Of a stretch of 64,000 nucleotides of DNA, positions 50,760 to 63,545 are shown piece after piece (position 1 is the first letter of the stretch; every line of letters begins with the position of its first letter). Both the position numbers and the translations under genes were made by a program. The DNA comes from Mobula hypostoma (Eukaryota): positions 73,038,001 to 73,102,000 of the forward strand of contig NC_086097.1 of NCBI RefSeq assembly GCF_963921235.1, in the 5' to 3' direction. The notes beneath the pieces were generated by a model. The model made no database searches. It was not told where the DNA came from and saw only the letters and a program-made list of their open reading frames with translations.

Positions 50760-51682
50760 TGATTTGATGATGTGCAGTGTTTGGCGTAAGCCAATCACAG
50801 TGTTTAGTCAGATATCCAAAAAGCTTGATTTTGGTTTCATCAGAACCTTCCTCCAGCTGACTTCAGAGTCTCCCACATGCCTTCTGGCAAATTCCAGCTG
50901 AGATTTCATGGAATTTTTTTCAACAGTGGCTTTCTCTTTGCCACTCTCCCATAAAGCTATGACTGATAAAGCACCCGGGCAACAGTTGTGGTATGCGCAG
51001 TGTCTCCCATCTCAGTCATTGAAGCTTATAACTCCTCCAGAGTTGTCATTTGTGTCATGGTGGTCTCCCCCCCACCCAGTCCCCATCTTGCACAGTCACT
51101 CAGTTTTTGAGGACGGCCTGCTCTAGGCAGATTTACAGATGTGCCATCTTCTTTCCATTTCTTGATTGACTTAACTATACTCCAAGGGATATTCAGTGGC
51201 TTGGAACTTTTCTTGCATCCTTCTCCTGACTTGTGCTTTTCAATAAGCTTTTTGTGGAGTTGTTTGGAGTGTTCTTTTGTCTTCATGGTATAGTTTTTGT
51301 CAGGATACTGACTCACCAGCAGTTGAACCTTCCAGATACAGGTGTATCTTTACTTAAATCAATTCAAACACTGTGACCGCATACAGGTGATCTCCACTTA
51401 TTAATATGCGACTTCTAAAATCAATTGGCTGCACCAATGGTGACTTTATGTGTCATATTAAAGGGGGGGTGAATACTTATGCGATCAGTTATTTTGTGTT
51501 TTATATTTGTAATTATTTTAGACCACTTTGTAGAGATCTGTTTTTACCTTGACATAAAAGAGTCTTTTCTGTTGATCAGTGTCGAAAAAGCCAAATAAAA
51601 TCCCCTGTGATTCAATATCGTAAAACAGTAAAACATGAAAACTTCCAGGGTGTGGGGGGGGGAATACTTTTTATAGGCAGTG
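50760..51682 (-). mobile_element. Tc1 DNA transposon 5' half (IR/DR type)
   Basis: ORF 51026-51316 MKTKEHSKQLHKKLIEKHKSGEG..IKKWKEDG..NLPRAGRPQKLS, then GRVAKRKPLL and SDETKIKLFG. Minus-strand terminus CACTGCCTATAAAAAGTATTCCCCC, with an inner repeat AAGTATTCACCCCC at ~51465-51478. Confidence 0.9.
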
Positions 51683-52806
51683 TGTGTATTCATATTTTAC
51701 TTCAAAACACAATGCCTAGTAGTGTCTAAACCTCCTGTCACTCCAGATTACTTTTCTTTTTGGCAACGTTATAACCCTTCCCAATTAATCCAATAATATT
51801 ATTTACATTTTTTGTTGGTCCCAATGGGAAATATTTTATAGTGTATATTCATTCAGCATTATGGCTGTTTGGATGATCAATCAGGTTACTTACCATTGTA
51901 CCTGTGTTATGGTAACACATGATGCCATAATCGAAACAGGAAAAATTGAAAGAATAAGTATGAGATTGGAGAAGGAAAAATGAGTCAATATAATAATCAT
52001 GCAGGTCTCTAATTTCCCCTCATACCCATCTTAATGGTTTTAGTTAAGTTTAAGACTCTAATTTATTTTACCCAATAATAATGTAAAATTCTATTGCAAT
52101 AGGATCAGTCTTCCTTTGAGCATTCAATTAAGAGGATTCCTGGAAGATTATTAATTAACCCTGTCTCATTACACAAGGGAAGATCTAAATCAGCCTATGT
52201 CTTGGTTATTTCTGTGATGGATTTCTCCAGTAAACTGTTTTAAATGCCTTAGCCAAACTTGCCTAAACATAATTGTTGTAAGGAAACATATTTGTTGTAT
52301 TATCTTTTTATAAGCTCCTCTCACTTATTACTTAATATTGTGAGCAACAATCTAGAAAGTGTTTAAAATACCTTGTGATATTACTGCAGTTATGAACCTT
52401 GTGTTCTTCTCAGTCACACTGATTCTATTTTGTTACTATTTAGCTGTCATCAACAACCCTGCAGATCCAATTTCTGTTTTTCTATCTGTCCTGTCTGAAA
52501 ACTAATTGATGTAGAAAATTCATTTCTCAGTCATGGTCACTAAATAATCGTGTTTTCGTAATGATCATAATCAGCCCAGTTTTTTCCGGCATGAAGTAAG
52601 ATACTTTATCTCCCTAATGTAGAAATATTAAAACCAAGCATAATAATCACACAATAGATATTTCAAATAAGATCAGCTAACTGATCACTGAATGCAATTA
52701 AACCTGTTCTAATCAGTCTCGTTCACCTATACACTAACCATCATCCACCCTGCCACCAAGCAATGAAAGTTCTGCTCAGTTTCAAAGCACTAACTTAAAC
52801 ATGTAT

Positions 52807-53056
52807 GGGGGCCAGCTGGTGGCGCAGTGAGATTAGCGCCGGACTCCGGAGCGAAGGTTCCCAAGTTCAAATCCAGGTCGGGCCACCCCCGAGCACGCTT
52901 TCCATCCATGCCGGGTTGAGTGTCGATCTAGCCACTCGGCCTTGTAAAAAATACAAGGGTCAAGTCAGGAACGTTCATAACCTGACCCGGTTAATCCTGA
53001 CACCACGTGCCAGACAAAAATGGCTGATTGTCTGGTACGACACGCTTAAAAAAATT
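52807..53056 (+). mobile_element. tRNA-derived SINE with TSD
   Basis: A-box TGGCGCAGTGAG, B-box GTTCAAATCC, A7 tail. ATGTATGGG occurs at 52801-52809 and 53057-53065. CpGs are retained, which suggests a young copy. Confidence 0.85.
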
Positions 53057-54304
53057 ATGTATGGGATTTTTAATTTGACCTCAATGAACAGATGAACTAA
53101 ATTGCATTCAGTGGATTATTTCAGTACTTTAGTGTGGATTAATTAATATATATATTCATATTTATCTTGTTAAATCATGAATTAAATATGAATTGATATC
53201 CTGAAAATATAGAAACTGCAATAGCTGGGAAGAATTTTGAAGGAAGTAGACTATCTCATTTTTTCATTGTTGCATTTACATTAGTTGTAGGGTATTTTTG
53301 TGTGAAGACAAGTAATGGGAATTATCATCAAAAAATCAAAATGAGTATCAAAAGCTAGCTTCCAAAATGGAAAAATCATGCAGATAATTAATAAAAGTTC
53401 ATAATATTTTCTTCAAAAACATTGGCCTTTGTCATAATTACCTTTAATTACTGGTTTTAATTGTGCTTCTAACAACAAGAGCCTTCATGAGGCAAAACTG
53501 TGCTACTGTAATATGTTGCAAGGATGCTGATGGTCATATTTTTATGGTGAGTACTAAAATGTGCAAGTTCCCAAAAGAAAATGTTATTTGAGCTATTGTG
53601 TATTAGGAATTTTTTCAAAGATAAATGTCACTTGATACGATATTGTAATTTTTTTTGGAAAACTAGATTTAAACATTAATATTATTTTTATTTCTATGAC
53701 TTCATCTGTCCTTCTAATTTATTATATAATATTGGTTCAATGTAAAATAAGTTTAGTATCTGACAAGTTAGCCTGACAAATTAATTCAGTTTCATTCTCC
53801 ATAATTGCTGACAGACTCACTGACTGTATCATATTCATTGTAAATTTTCCAGATCTGCATTGCTTTGGTTTTATATTACAGAGAAGTGACTTGTGTGCAA
53901 CAAGATCTTCTATTGCATCTAAAAATGAGCTAGTGATTTTTCCAAATTACAGTCCTTCAAAATCTCACTGTGATTGTTTTTCAGGCACACTGTTAGGAAG
54001 AGGTGCCACAATAAAATGAAAGCAGTAATAAAATGAAACCTGCAGTAATAGATTCAGGATACCGGCTATCACTGCTATGGCTCTCTCTAGCTGCCCATTC
54101 ACAGTATCTAAACATATTCAATCAATGTCCTAGCATTAAAATCACATCCTCTCCAAACTCCCAGAGGATTATGTTTTCTCAGCAAAGGGATCAGCTTGAA
54201 TTTTGAGTACTCTTAGCAACAGAAGTAAAAGCTTTGTAGAGATTGATTGAGGGTGAAACTTGAATGAAGACCTGCTGGTGCAATGAAACAGATTAAACCC
54301 ATGC

Positions 54305-54522
54305 TGAGAGAGGAGGAGGCAGAGAGAGATAACGATATAGAGAGAGAGAGAAAGAGAGAGGGGGAGAGAGAAAGAGAGAGGGGAGAGGGAGAGGGAAGAG
54401 AGAGTGATGGAGAGAAAGAGGGGAGAAGGAGAGGGGGGGGAGAAGGAGGGAGAAGGAGAGAGAGGGAGAGAGAGAGAGAGAGAGGAGAGAGGAGGGGGAG
54501 AGGGAGAGAGAGACAGATAGAT
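54305..54522. repeat. Imperfect (GA)n polypurine microsatellite
   Basis: About 220 bp made almost entirely of G and A. Confidence 0.95.
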
Positions 54523-56499
54523 GAAACAAGTGCTGGGAAGGTATAGTGACATAGTATTTATGCATTCTTCTTCACTTTGATGTGTTGTTAATATACCGTG
54601 CACAAAGTTGTTGTTTGGTTGTGACTGTTACCTATTGCAATGGGTGGCTGTAGTCCAGAATTAACATCTGTGGCTGTGGCCACACCAGGTTGTCGATACT
54701 ACCATTATTGATGTCATGATTTAGAAGCCACTGTACTAATGACTAGGTTTGATAGCTATTTGTACACAGATATCTATTTTTTGCCTTCATAGCCACTTGA
54801 CTGGATGGAGTTGTTTATATGTCAAGGAATGAATGCAACTGAGAAGTAAGACCTGTCTGCACTGTGAGTGAGGACAACCACAAATTAGCAATGCTAATTG
54901 ATTGCATTATTTCAGAGAGAGAATAGAAAAAAATTAAGAAGTTGGAAAAAATGAATGTGTGTCAGGGAAAACATTCCCACTAGCACATTGTTGGAAATGG
55001 GAGAGGTTGGAAGACTAGGGATTTTGGATTATGGATTTTATGGACCTATCCAACAGGTGTATTTTGTTTCAAAGTTTCAAAGGTACATTTAATGTCAGAG
55101 AAATGTATACAATGTACATCCTGAAATGCCTTTTCTTTGCTGCTTTCTCTTTCTCTTTGTTCCTCAAGGTACAACTGCTGCTTCCTCTCACGCACTGACC
55201 TCAGTGGAATTGTCGGAATAATTGGAATGGGAAAGCATGCAACAGTAAAAACCTACTGCATGCTGCCAAATGGATTAAAATATTGGCAATGATTTATTAC
55301 TCAATTACAACTGAGAATTAGAAATTTACTGAAAATTGTTTGCCGATATTTTTTTAAACAGCATGTCTAATCTAACTTCCAGAAATCTCAGACCTACATT
55401 CTTATTAATAGCATGAATGGAACAATTAGCTCATTATTTTGTCACTTAACTTGTCTTAAAAGATGATGTGTAATTCTAATTTTTTTGCATTTTAATGAAT
55501 TATAAGTTGTTTATCCTGGTATTCTGATCAAACATTTCAATACTAATTTAATTAATCAATCTTTTATATATCTTTGTTATACTGTAGAGTGAATCATGGG
55601 TTATGTTTTCATTGCCAATATTCTCTGCAAATTACCAGTGCAAGCTAGTTAATCTGGTATGATATTAATTATTTGAGATCTGTGAATTTCGCAACCTTTT
55701 AAAAGATAAAAGATAAAGTAAATTGGGTACAATAAGAGAAACAGTAAATTGAGTCACAAAAGGAAATAACAGCTTCATTAGCAAGTTCCAATGTAATAGC
55801 TTTGATTTAATGTGTAATTTTTTGTATTTCCAGTCTTCTTAACTTCAACCGCTAAACCTTATTGGCTTTGATCTTGTACCTTTACTTATTGATGTGGGAA
55901 TGGAACTGCAGTTTGCTAGCACATGGAATCACTTGCACTTTGCACTTAACGTTTGAGAAAAAGGTAGAATTAGCAGAGGATTTCCTTAAGAATTTCCTGC
56001 TGGGTACGATTGCCATCAAGAAATACATCTTCTGTGTACCAAAAGTGAAGTACGCAATAGAATTAAAAATAAGAGAGTTTTCATTGGGATTGCCAGCTAG
56101 GAGTTTTAAAAGACAGATAATCAGACAGGAATGCATAGCATATGAGCATATGGGTAGGAGGTGGACACAGAATTGTTGAAATCCTCAGACAATTTTATTT
56201 TCATTTGGAACAACAGATACTTTGGTGATGACTAAGTGAGAAATGTTATCTAAAATGCCAAGTGAAATTCCTGATCTTTTTTTCAGATTGTGCACAGGAT
56301 ATTTTGTGTTCACCTGATCGAACAGAGGGTCGCACTTCAACTCTCCTTCCAAAAACATCACCATTGATAATGTGGCCAGTATTTTATAAAGAAAAGTAGA
56401 TCCCTCAATTTTAATCTTTGAACTTCTCAATTCAAAATCTGTCTTTTGATGGGAAAATTTACACATGATTATTTATGTTTTCCAATAAAGAGAATTATA

Positions 56500-57125
56500 G
56501 TTCAGTTAGTGCATTGGTGGGAAATTTGCAAGAACCCAGGACTAAAAGCAGAGTGACTAAAAATAATTTCAAAGTTCTGTTTACAAATTATTTAGATGAT
56601 TTTAAAGCAATTTTGATCTAAAATTGATTACTATTGAAAAATTGGTGACATTGTAAGGAGTGAAATAAAAAAAAGGTATGAATATATTGAATGGCTGGGG
56701 AAAGTAATGGGAAGTATTTTAAAGGAAGCAGCTCTTAGGATACTCACTTTGGATTCAAAAAGGATAGAACAGATTGTTTATAAATGCAAGGAGCATACGT
56801 CCATGAGTGTGAATCATTAAAATGTCATGCACTAGTATATCAAAGGACCTAATGAAATGCCGGTCCTATCATTTATAATAGAGTGCAAATGGACAGAAAT
56901 TATGCTAGAGCATTGATTAGACCAAGACCTAAGGCAGAATATATTGACATCTGTATGAGTGCAACATAAATTTATCAGAATAACTAAACTCAGAAGTTTA
57001 AGTTTCACAGAATTTAGAAAGTACTGTAATGGTTTGACTGGTTTTTGAGATGTAGATGGAAAATGGAAACTACTTCCACGGAAAGCAAAGTCCATTAACA
57101 GGATGTATAATTTAAAGATACAAAC
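56500..57125 (+). mobile_element. Old, highly decayed CR1 RT remnant
   Basis: NYLDDFK..SKID; remnants resembling ALIRPRL and VYNLKI; no open frame. Confidence 0.5.
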
Positions 57126-57489
57126 CTGCAGAAATAACTCACTTACAAAATACAGACAGCAGTGGGATTGAACATGGATTGCTGGCACTGTAAAGTGTTA
57201 CACTAACCACTACGCTATCAAGCTGCCCCATTTCCAGCATCTGCACCACTTTACTTTGTAATGACCTTCACATTTTCCTGGCCATCCACCACACAGCCTA
57301 CTGAAAACTCTACTTCCAATACCTACAGTATACTGCATCCATCTGCCTACCCACTACCTCAGTTCTTGTTAACCGAGAGTGGATTAGAATTTTCCAATTT
57401 AAATTTGAAATACTTGTCCTTGTGTCTATGATCTTATATTTTCCCATTACTGTATCTTCCCACAACTCTATAATTCCCCTCAAGAACTT

Positions 57490-57735
57490 ATAAGATCATA
57501 ACATATAGGAGCAGAATTAAACCCATTGTCTTCTCTACCATTCAATCGTATCACAGCTGATTTATTAACCTTCTCAACACCATTCTTCTGCCTTCTCCCC
57601 GTAAGCTTCTACACCCTTACAAATCAAGAACCTATCAAACTCTGCTTTAAGTATCTTCAAATAACTTAGCCTTCACAGCCATCAGTGGCAAAAAATTCCA
57701 GATTCACCTCCCTCTGGCTAAAGGAATATCTCCTC
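57490..57735 (-). mobile_element. CR1 3'-end fragment
   Basis: ATAAGATCATAAC..GGAGCAGAATTA..CCAGATTCACCTCCCTCTGGCTAAAG, the same sequence as 17106-17330. Confidence 0.8.
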
Positions 57736-58949
57736 AAACCCATCTTTCCTCTGATTCCATCCTCCCTTTGCCAACCTGAATGACCTTACTTGATCTCTTG
57801 ATCTCTGACTTGTTCTGATGCTGCACACTGTGGGTCCACAACCTGTGTGGTCAAAGGCATTGAGATTACAAGTTTTTTTTTCTGTGAGGAACAGGTTCTG
57901 TGGCATGACTAGAACCATCATTTACAACACCAGGGGTGGGTATTCACTCTGCTGGTGGTGACTCCAGGTATTAGTGTAGCCATGCTCTACGACTAACATT
58001 GATTCAACCATAGGCAACAATGAGTGCTATGTTGGGTAGATTTATCCACTTTCTTTGGAGATTTTATATCTTTGTGGACATTTTGTGTTTTGAAATGAAA
58101 TTTGAGGACTCCTCCGGTGCCCTTGAAACAAAAAGGGACCTACCTGAACGACATATAACAAAACTGAGAACATATCAAACTTGATTACCAAAATATACCG
58201 TCATACAACACGGAAATAGACCCACCTTGCATCTTTATTAGCAACTAGGCTGGAGGAACCCAGCAGGTCATGCAGCATCTATGGAAAGGAATAAAGTGTC
58301 CCATCTTTTATTTATCCCATTTGCTAGTATTTAGTATGTAACCTTCTATGTCCTAGTGCCCTTTTCCAGTACTAACAATCATTAGCTATTCGTTCTACCT
58401 AGTTATAATCAGTAACAAAAATGAACAGAGAGAAGTTTATTGCTATACAGTTACGACTCACAATCAGTGAGATAAATGACTGATCAGGTGGTTTTTATGC
58501 GCGAATAAACTTTGCAGCGAGGACAAGTACTCCCACTCTCCTTTGATCTATATTGCAAGGGCGGGCAGACAACTTGCTTCATAGGTATGATCAAGACTGG
58601 ACCTCCTTTTCCCCAGTGTCTGCTTGCTAATTCGATGAATCTTGTGTAACAACGTAAATGTTTGCAACATTCATTTCACTCTTTCAGTTGACGTGTTCCT
58701 CACTGTTGCTTCAGTTGTCATTTACATAAAATATCCCATTGCATGGGACAGAAGTTTCCATGCAACCAAAGTTTTCTTTACTGGAGACACAAAGTTCGTT
58801 TAATATCAGCGAAACGGTTTGCCAAAGCGAAACCACATTCTTGTAAACAATCCAAACGCTTAAACTTGTGTGACGAGTTCTGACCGGATGACCACATTTC
58901 AGGGTCGATTACTGACGGCAAGCAACAAATAAAACTGCCGGGTTTTTTT

Positions 58950-59800
58950 AAAATTGCAGCGGTGAGTTATTGAATTAGAGAAGTTTCAGCTCTGGAGAGT
59001 GCAGTTTGGCCCGCCTCCCACATTGATGGACTGCGCACGGTCCAATCAGCAAGGGCGGAGAGGAGGAGCGCGTGGGCCGGTGGGAGAGGGTGGAGGCGCG
59101 GAGCGCATGTGCGGATTGGTTGACGGACAAGGCGAGCCGGCAGGGTTGGGTAGCGGAGCGGCGGCGGGGCAGTGCTGCTTGGGCGATGCAGTGGAGTGTG
59201 TGCGAGAGGCGGAGAGCTGTTGCTCCGAGCCGACCAGCCTCTTTCAGCAAGTGACGATCCTGCTCAGTCCGGACAGTCCAGCCCAGCCCAGCCCAGCCTA
59301 GCCTGTATGGGTACGGGCTGCTCGAGCAAGGACAAAGCCGTGCGCGATTAAGTTTCTTTGCACACCTGCGGCCAAACCAGCGGGTAGGTGGTGAGCTTCT
59401 GAGGGAGAGGCAGGCGGGCGGGCGTGTACGAAGCTGGTCATTGCACACTGCCACTGCAATTTCTGGTCACTTACAGACACCAAAGCAAAAGTCAGTGCGA
59501 ACAGAACTTGTGAGTCAGAAGGGCGAACGCTGCAAGTTGCCTACTGGCTCTTGCGAGGCTTTTATATTTTAAAGGTAGACGATTTGGAAACGGATTCTCT
59601 CTTCTCGGTAGCGGACCGGCTGTTTCTCGGGGTCTGAAGGACTGAGCAGCAGACTCGCCCAACCCTTCGAGAACAGTATAACAGGTAACACTAGATATCG
59701 AGGTGGGGGTGGACAGCTGTCTTCAGGAGTTGCGGAAGAAATTAGTTTTGAGCCGGTGCAGTAAATTATCATGTGAACAGTGTTGCGGAAATTAGTTTCT
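58950..59800 (+). promoter_or_regulatory. CpG island promoter and probable non-coding first exon of an unidentified gene
   Basis: Abrupt GC/CpG enrichment in otherwise CpG-depleted DNA, with no TE motifs. CCAAT at 59042, ATTGG at 59115, GC boxes CCCGCCTCC (~59010) and GGGCGG (59053), NRF1-like GCGCATGTGCG (~59103). Candidate + strand donors at 59311 (GTACGG), 59391 (GTGAGC), 59510 (GTGAGT) and 59685 (GTAACA). Strand is inferred from these donors. Confidence 0.78.
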
Positions 59801-61194
59801 AGTTGAAGTTCGAGTTGTCGGGGAGTCTGGTGTTTGAGTTTCTGGTAATTAGATGAAAGGTTTCTTGCGGTTAATTAGACTTTGCCTTTCGAAGTCAGTC
59901 GTCAGTGAGCCGTATACCTTGCATTCCTTGTCACAGGGCATCTCTGGAAGTACTGCAAGTTTCCCAGTCTTATCACAGCCTTGGTTGCCACTTCAAACGA
60001 AAGCCCGCTTGTGTGCACATGATCTGTCAAATTGCTCACTTTCCCTGCTGATTAACAAAATAAAACCGGAGTACATCAAAACCAGTGTGTGTATTTATAT
60101 AAATTTATATGCAATTTAAAATTGATCTATACTTAATGTAAAAGATGACACTGCCGTTGTCATTCATTCGGAAGCCCGTGAATTTTCAAATGTTGCCTGA
60201 TACTTCCCCACCGAATTGAAGGATGTGGATATCGCCCTTGTGCAGGGAATATTATTTGGGGGTATCTTAACAAATCTGTCAAAATAGACATCGCTTTTTT
60301 TTAAACCGTTCAATAATGCGTGGCGTGAGTAACAGTAGTTTGCTTTTAATTTGGTTATCCCGAAATGGCATTTCATGAAAAAGAAGAAAGTCTGCCTGCC
60401 AAATCTGTAGTACTGACACTGTTACTTAAAGATACTACCAATTTTATTAAGCTGCATTGACATTTAATGCACTTGATAAAACTTTTGTTTTATAAAAACG
60501 CTGATCTTGTAGTGGAAATTTCATTTATGAATTTGGTGTTGGTGCTGCCTTTGGGGCATTGTTACTTAAACTCACAACCTACAAATGGTTGCTTACCTGA
60601 ACAACCATCAGGCAGCTGGCTCTGCCCTCTCCAAACTCGCTACAGCATAAGGTAAAAAAGGTTCTTAAATTAATTGTAGCAGGTATTCAGACACATTTGC
60701 CTTAAGGACTTAGAAATTGCACTATTTTTTCTGTTGAATATTTTTGACTCAACCTATTTGGGCATCCACTCCTTTGTAGCTGTTCTTGTGTGAGCTTTAT
60801 GCACCCATTGGCTGTTATAGGCATAAAATAGTTTTAATGTTGATTCCTTTTATACAACATGGAGATGGTTTGCTTAACAGTTACTGTTATGTGATTGTGG
60901 TTTTATTGGGGTATTGGTTTTTGAGTTTGAAAATTGATTGTGCTGACACTGACCATTTTAATGATGGTTAATTGCTTTCAAATTGTTCATGTACTATAGG
61001 ATAGTTGATAAATGACTGCAGTTTGTTACCCACAAAACAAATGAAAGAAAACGTATGTAAAGTCTGATACCATGTATTGTGCTTGGTGCATCCATACAAA
61101 TTGTTGGACCAATTATCCACTTTGGTTTGTTTCTATTAATTTGGCATGTGTATTTGAATTTTGTTGATGAATGGAAACTGTTTTACCAGATATT

Positions 61195-62023
61195 GTTTCA
61201 AAGGTACACTGAATGTCAGAGAAATGTATACAATATACATCCTAAAATTCTTTTTCTTCATGACCATCCACAAAAACAAAGGAGTGCCCCCAAAGAATGG
61301 ATGACAATTAAATGTTAGAACCCCAAAGCTCCCCCTCCCACACATAAGCAGCAGCAAAGCAATTACCCCCCTCCCCCACCAGCAAAAAAAGCATCAGTTC
61401 CCCCCACCCCCCCCCCCCGAGCACTCAAGTGTGCAGCAAAGCATCAATAAAGACACGGACTTGCACTACTTCAAAAACTACTTGTTCATGCAGTAATTGG
61501 ACAAACCACAGGCTCTCTCTCTCTCTCCCCCCCACCTCCGTAAGGGAAAAAGCGATGTCTCTGCTTCACAATGAGAGGGGAGACATGACAAACAACGCAC
61601 TGATTTATGATGATAAAAGTCTGTTGCGGTGCTTTTATCGAGCATTGTGCCCAAAGAACTCAGGTCTCTGCGCACACAGCCAGCAGCCAGCTCGCTACTT
61701 TCCATCATCTGTCTCCCACGGCACACTGATTTCCTGCTGATGTACGGACCTCGAGTCTGCCCACCTCCAGAGCCACAAGATCCTGAAACTCCGAAGGCAC
61801 GCAAATCTTCTAGGCCGCGTCCTTGGTTTATCGAATAGCAGCCAGTTGTGAGACCCCGAGAGCAGGTCACATTCCCACAAAGAACCAAAGTCAGTGTGTA
61901 ATTCCAGGTCAAGGTCTCCAAAAGAACCCTGAGAGGGAAAAATAGAGATAGAAATAGAGCTGTTTCCAAAGATGCAAGCGAAGGAGTTGTCATTAGGTGC
62001 CATTGTCTCCTAAGCTCCACCCC
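61195..62023 (-). mobile_element. Non-autonomous retroposon-like repeat (~830 bp), family unassigned
   Basis: The end TTTCAAAGGTACACTGAATGTCAGAGAAATGTATACAAT recurs at ~55075-55130. The minus strand starts GGGGTGGAGCTTAGGAGACAATGGC. No recognisable protein. Confidence 0.55.
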
Positions 62024-63099
62024 CAGTGATCTGCCTCTGTGCATAGTTGCTATTCAATATTTATGGAATGATAGTGAGTATTAACCCAAGTGTTTATAGG
62101 TTTGTCACAGTTTGGCACAAAGTCTGGAACATAATCGTGAATTTAGTTTGTGAAAGAGAATTTGAGAAAAATGTTAATCAGTTGCATTCCTACTAGTTAT
62201 TCTTTTTTTATCATTTAGCCTTGTTTTAAATCAAGCAAACTGATACCTCGCAAGACATTGTTTTTATAATGTTTTGAATAGTAAGTTGGAGTGTGGCCAG
62301 TTGTAAATTTTGTTAATATCCAAACAATGATAGATTAATGTCTTAAGCTGTATAGTGGAATAAATTGACAGTGGTATTCCACAGTGTTTCAAAGAACTTC
62401 CGAGAGGTGTCTTTATATTTATTGCCAGGTTGAAGTCCTTTTTAAAGAAACAAAAATGTCTGTTACAGGTAGTTATGTCGTTTGGAAGAATGTAAGGAAT
62501 TGACTCCAAAAATATGTCATTGTTTAAAGACAAGTGTAAAGTCTAAAACCAAAATATTATGAAAGGCAAGTCTTTGGTTCAACATTGTATGTTTATTTTA
62601 GTTGGGAAATATTTTTTCTTTATTCATATCTGTGTTTCTACATCCTACTACTGTTAAAGGTTCAAAGAATAAGTTATTCAGGGTAATTTTTTTTGTTGAT
62701 CACGTTTGGCAAGTTATGATGCAAATAATTTTTTGTAAGTATATTGTTCCTATTCTGTTGAACAGTGCTTTAAGGTCATTGTATTTAGGAAGGCTGGTCA
62801 TGTTGAACAGCAGCCAGTTTGCAAACTTCTATAAACAACACTCTGATTATAACCATATATTCAGTTTCATTTATGTTGATTGACGGATATGTTTGTCAGC
62901 AGAACAGATAACTCCATTCTGCAATTTTTGAAATCTTGCCTTGAGGTTTTTGACATACACTTGACACTAGGAAGAGCTTTGGTTCAATATCTCTTGGTTT
63001 ACTAGGCTTGATTTAATAGCACAAAAATATTCTGGAATGAAGGATGGCTTTGATGGCTCTGGGTCTGTTCCAGGCTGTAGTTTAAAGAATGGGGGGTGG

Positions 63100-63545
63100 G
63101 GGTGAATCTTTGTTATACTTCTGTAGATGTGCAGTGAAGAGGGTGTTAACTGGCTGCATCATGGCCTGGTATGGAAACACCAGTGTCCTTGAATGGAAAA
63201 GCTTACAAGAAGTACAGCTTGCTCTAACATGGGTAAATCCTTCTCCACCTCTGAGCATATTTACATCAAGTGCTGTCACAGTAAAAGCAGTTTTCATCAA
63301 AGACCATTACCCATCCAGGCCATACCTCCTCCTTGCTGCTGCGATCAGGAAGGAGAACAGGAGGTTTGGGATCCACACCACCAGCTTATTACCCCTCAAC
63401 CATCAGGCTCTTGAACCAGAGGGGATGACTTCACTCACCCCATCACTGAAATGTTCCCACAACCTATGGACTCACTTTCAAAGACTCTTCATCTCATGTT
63501 CTTGATATTCATTGCTTGTTACTTGTTTATTATTTATTATTATTA
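63100..63545 (+). mobile_element. Rex1/Babar 3' fragment
   Basis: FCRCAVKRVLTGCIMAWYGNTS..YPSTIRLLN. Confidence 0.85.

Larger units (their letters stand above)
13673..56400 (+). pseudogene. Decayed multi-exon gene of the VWA3A/VWA3B family with about 7-8 tandem vWA modules (candidate unitary pseudogene)
   Basis: More than 25 exon-like blocks, many bounded by polypyrimidine-AG and GT(A/G)AG. Examples: 13904-14084 KSEMLAWLTGLSCNMKRLHVALGFLNS..KSLFN; 14205-14352 FDKVIADRYGINLD..QHCDT; 14609-14702 NFVDQIKI; 23626-23760 *LATHGI..WKYGS; 26865-27049 FIASRYGS*HLISQLAADG; 28176 DYPIQNILFF; 43380-43491 ICHLGGAWPDN; 55911 LLAHGITCTLHLT; 56287 HRIFCVHLIEQRVALQLSF. Motifs occur in the order of the VWA3 module as I recall it. 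Many stops and frameshifts. Alignment by eye only. Confidence 0.6.

Noticed and set aside
52807..52880. tRNA gene (also ~41870-41945 and ~47685-47745)
   Set aside because: The A/B boxes continue into SINE bodies with A-rich tails, with TSDs in two cases. I see no complete cloverleaf.
54169..54603. E/R/G-rich and S/L/P-rich ORFs on both strands
   Set aside because: These are translation artefacts of the (GA)n microsatellite.
58975..59483. Overlapping ORFs of 60-159 aa in the CpG island
   Set aside because: They are expected from stop-codon scarcity in GC-rich DNA and contain no recognisable domain.
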